A stretch of 64,000 nucleotides of DNA, from the NCBI GenBank assembly GCA_010405405.1, contig MU004230.1, positions 2,762,627-2,826,626 of the forward strand, read 5' to 3'. Shown piece after piece: positions 60,758-64,000 of the stretch (position 1 is the first letter of the stretch; every line of letters begins with the position of its first letter). The notes beneath the pieces are model-generated. The model had not been told where the DNA came from and did not search any database. It saw only the letters and a list, made by a program, of their open reading frames with translations. Origin of the DNA: Microthyrium microscopicum. Its lineage: Eukaryota. Both the position numbers and the translations under genes were made by a program.

Positions 60758-63700
60758 ATGTTCGGAGCCTTGCTGTGGATTTTCGCCCTCATTGGTTTGG
60801 CTCTGAGTACTGATGATGGGCTTACTGATAAGGTTTCCTGGGACAAATACAGTCTTATGGTAAACGGCGAACGAGTCTTCATTTTCGCCGGTGAGTTTCA
60901 CTATCAAAGACTACCAATTCCCGAGTTATGGCTTGATGTCTTCCAAAAGTTCAAAGCAAATGGAATGAATGCTGTTAGGTAAGACTAAGATCTCAAGCAC
61001 TGGGCAATTGCTAACATGCATAGCATCTATTTCTTTTGGTCATATCATTCTCCAAATAAGGATACTTATGACTTGACAACCGGAGCACGCGATGTGCAAC
61101 GCCTTCTGGATTACGCAAAACAAGCCGGTCTCTATGTTATTGCTCGTCCAGGGCCTTACTGCAATGCTGAAACTAGTGCTGGTGGTGTTGCGCTTTGGAC
61201 CACCAATGGTAGTGGAGGGCGATATCGAACTGCAGATGCCAGATACCGACAAGCTTGGGCTCCTTGGCTTCGCGAAGTTGGCGCAATCTTGAAGAGGAAC
61301 CAAATCACGGAGAACGGAACTGTAATTCTTCTTCAGATCGAGAACGAGTTGGAGGAACGTTCGTACGATCCCACCGATATCGTCGTCCGTCACATGGAAG
61401 ATTTGAAGCAGACGTTTCGAAAACAAGGCATGGTCATTCCTACTATGCATAACGAGAAGGGCATGCGATCTATCTCGTGGTCAACAGACTATAAGAATCC
61501 CACCGGTGTGGGCACGGTCAACATGTATGGACTCGATAGCTACCCCGGCGGATTCAAATGCACAAAGAGTACAGGTTTCAGGCTGGTACGAAATTACTAT
61601 GACTGGTTCAAGAACTATTCTTTCACACAGCCGAGTTTCCAACCAGAATTTGAAGCTGGCTGGTTTCAACCTTGGGGTGGTCAGTTCTATGATGAGTGCA
61701 CCTCGGAACATTCTCCAGAGTACGCGGATTTATACTACAAGAACAACCTGGCTCAACGAGTTACGCTGCTGTCCTTGTACATGGCATACGGCGGTACATC
61801 CTGGGGACACAGTGCGGCACCTGTGGTAAGCAACCATACTTTCCAGAGAAGAATATCAGACTAAAGCTTGCAGGTTTACACATCGTACGATTACAGTGCT
61901 CCTCTCAGAGAAACACGTCAAGTTCTCAAAAAGTTCAAGCAGACGAAACTGATTGCTTTGTTCACCCGCGTCTCCAAAGATCTATTGATGACTGATCTGG
62001 AAGATCGTGGACCTGGAAAATCTGTCGGTAATTCTGCGATCTATACCTGGATTCTTAGAAATCCCACCAACAAAGCCGGCTTTTATTTCCTTCAACAAGA
62101 CAACTCACAGTCACAATCAAAGCAAACTACATCTGTGAATCTCAAGACCTCCCTTGGCACCATCGCTGTGCCGAATGTTATCATTGATGGTCGCCAAAGC
62201 AAAATCTTGGTTACCGATTATAATGTTGGTCCCAACTTCAAGTTGCTCTACGCTACGGCCGACGTTCTGACCTATGGTCAATTCCCTTACCCTGTCCTCG
62301 TTATGTACCTTAAGCAAGGACAGTCAGCAGAGTTTGCCTTTGGGCCAGATGTACAAAATGCAACGTTCAAGGCTCATGGAGCTCCCGCCGACTTTACGTC
62401 TTCAGAAGCTCACAGCGCCAATGGGACACGATACACCAAGTACCTCTGGACTCAACCAAAGGGTCAAACGGTCGTTGACTTTTCAGACCCGGTTGGCACT
62501 TTATTCAAGGTGTTTCTGCTTGACATCCCGACCGCATGGTCCTTCTTCGCCCCTGCGTACACTCTCAATCCAAACGTGAAGCCAACGGAACACATGTTCG
62601 TACTTGGACCATATTTAGTTCGAAGTGCCACCATATTTGGTTCAGAGATCCAACTTACCGGAGATAAAGAAGGCCCCAGTAGCCTAGAGGTATTTGCCGG
62701 GGATGTCAATGTCGATAAAATCGTCTGGAATGGAAAAGCTTTAGCAACTACCAAGTCCCCCTATGGATCATTCCTTGCAAATCTCGACGACTTGGCAACC
62801 AAATCAATATCTTTACCAACACTGTCTGACTGGAAAGTTGCCGACTCCTTACCGGAGATCAAGAAAGACTTTGATGATACCAAATTTGTTACCTGTGGGA
62901 AATCACTGCACAGCAGCGACTACGGCTTCCATGCAGGTATAAAAATCTACCGTGCAACTTTCACAGACAAGTCTGCCGTCAAGGCCAACATAACAGTTCA
63001 AGGTGGAACAGCAGCGGGATGGAGTGCATGGCTCAATGGAAAACTTGTTGGAGGCTCGCCTGGATCTCTAGGGTCAGCTAGTACCACCAGCATGCTGGAT
63101 TTCAAGAAGGTACAACTCGAGGCCAAGAACGTACTTACGGTTGTGACTGACTACACTGGCCACGATCAAGCAAGCGTCAAACCAGGAGGCCCTGCCAATC
63201 CACGAGGAATCCTCAATGCCAAGCTACTCGATGAGCACAATAAAGAAGTCAAGGTTAGTCAATGGAAAATTCAAGGTAATCTAGGGGGCGAGAAGGAGTT
63301 GGATCACGTTCGTGGCAACATGAACGAAGGCGGACTCTATGGCGAGCGAGCAGGATGGCATTTGCCTGGCTTTGATGCTTCGTCGTGGACCAAAGGATCT
63401 CCCACAGAAGGAATTCTACATGCTGGAGTCTCATGGTATATCACTAAGTTCAAACTCAACATTCCTTCCAACATGGACGTCCCAATCGGCGTCGAGTTCA
63501 ATGCACCCAAGGGAACCACTGCAAGGATACAGATGTTCGTTAATGGGTGAGTTGGCCGATTGCAAATGGACGATGCAGTGACTGACTGAACTAGATACCA
63601 ATATGGCAAATACGTTCCTCACATTGGGCCGCAGACGCAATTTCCTCTCCAGCCAGGTATCTTAAACACCAATGGAGAAAACACCCTTGCTCTGAGTTTG

Positions 63701-63841
63701 TGGGCGCAGAATGATGTGGGAGCGAAGCTGTCAGAAGTGAAGTTGATTACATATGGGCAGTATGAAACTGGGTTTAACTTCACTCAGGACTGGAGCTATC
63801 TTCAACCAGGGATAAACAAGGGTAGACTTGAGTTATTATAA
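60758..63841 (+). CDS. lacB: Secreted GH35 beta-galactosidase (LacB-like), 4 exons
   Basis: Signal peptide; [27 protein letters not shown] (acid/base), PEFEAGWF (nucleophile), [35 protein letters not shown] and [15 protein letters not shown] ends at 63841. Confidence 0.92.
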
Positions 63842-64000
63842 GATACTCTGTTTATAACCGATACTGTAATGCCTGCGTGATCTTGATAGTTCATAAGATC
63901 GAATGAAAAGGTGGGAATGCTATGAACTTTGAGAGCTCGGGTTAGAAGTAGTATTTACCAAGGTAATAGGCTGGAAACAAAACTGAATCTGCTCTTTGAA

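Overview
Window from a filamentous ascomycete (Pezizomycotina; spliceosomal GT-AG introns with CTAAC/CTGAC branch sites and strong repeat-induced point mutation, RIP). Two gene-dense, roughly GC-balanced segments flank a 38.9-kb AT-rich block. Left segment (1-13.5 kb): cyclophilin H, COX9, TAF8, SOM1, an XRCC2-like Rad51 paralog, a WGR-domain PARP, a GPI-anchored Ser/Thr-rich protein and DIP2/UTP12. Right segment (52.5-64 kb): an intronless bacterial-type DyP peroxidase, ARC35, a vanillyl-alcohol-oxidase-like pseudogene, ALG12 and a GH35 beta-galactosidase. The AT block (13561-52458) resolves into six nested transposons, each with a readable target-site duplication (TSD). A Copia element has its 5' LTR split by a hAT transposon. 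The hAT contains a chromovirus (Gypsy-A), which contains a 1.2-kb tRNA-headed non-LTR insert. The Copia RT is split by a second Gypsy-A, whose chromodomain is split by an inverted Gypsy-B. The most unusual items are (i) the GC-rich, largely un-RIPed tRNA-headed retroposon, which has an encoded CCA, an expanded anticodon arm and Pol III terminators right behind its head, and (ii) the 7.6-kb hAT, which carries a divergent four-intron cargo gene, a 308-bp foldback and a 338-bp tandem array. Coordinates and counts were derived by hand; no database searches were run.
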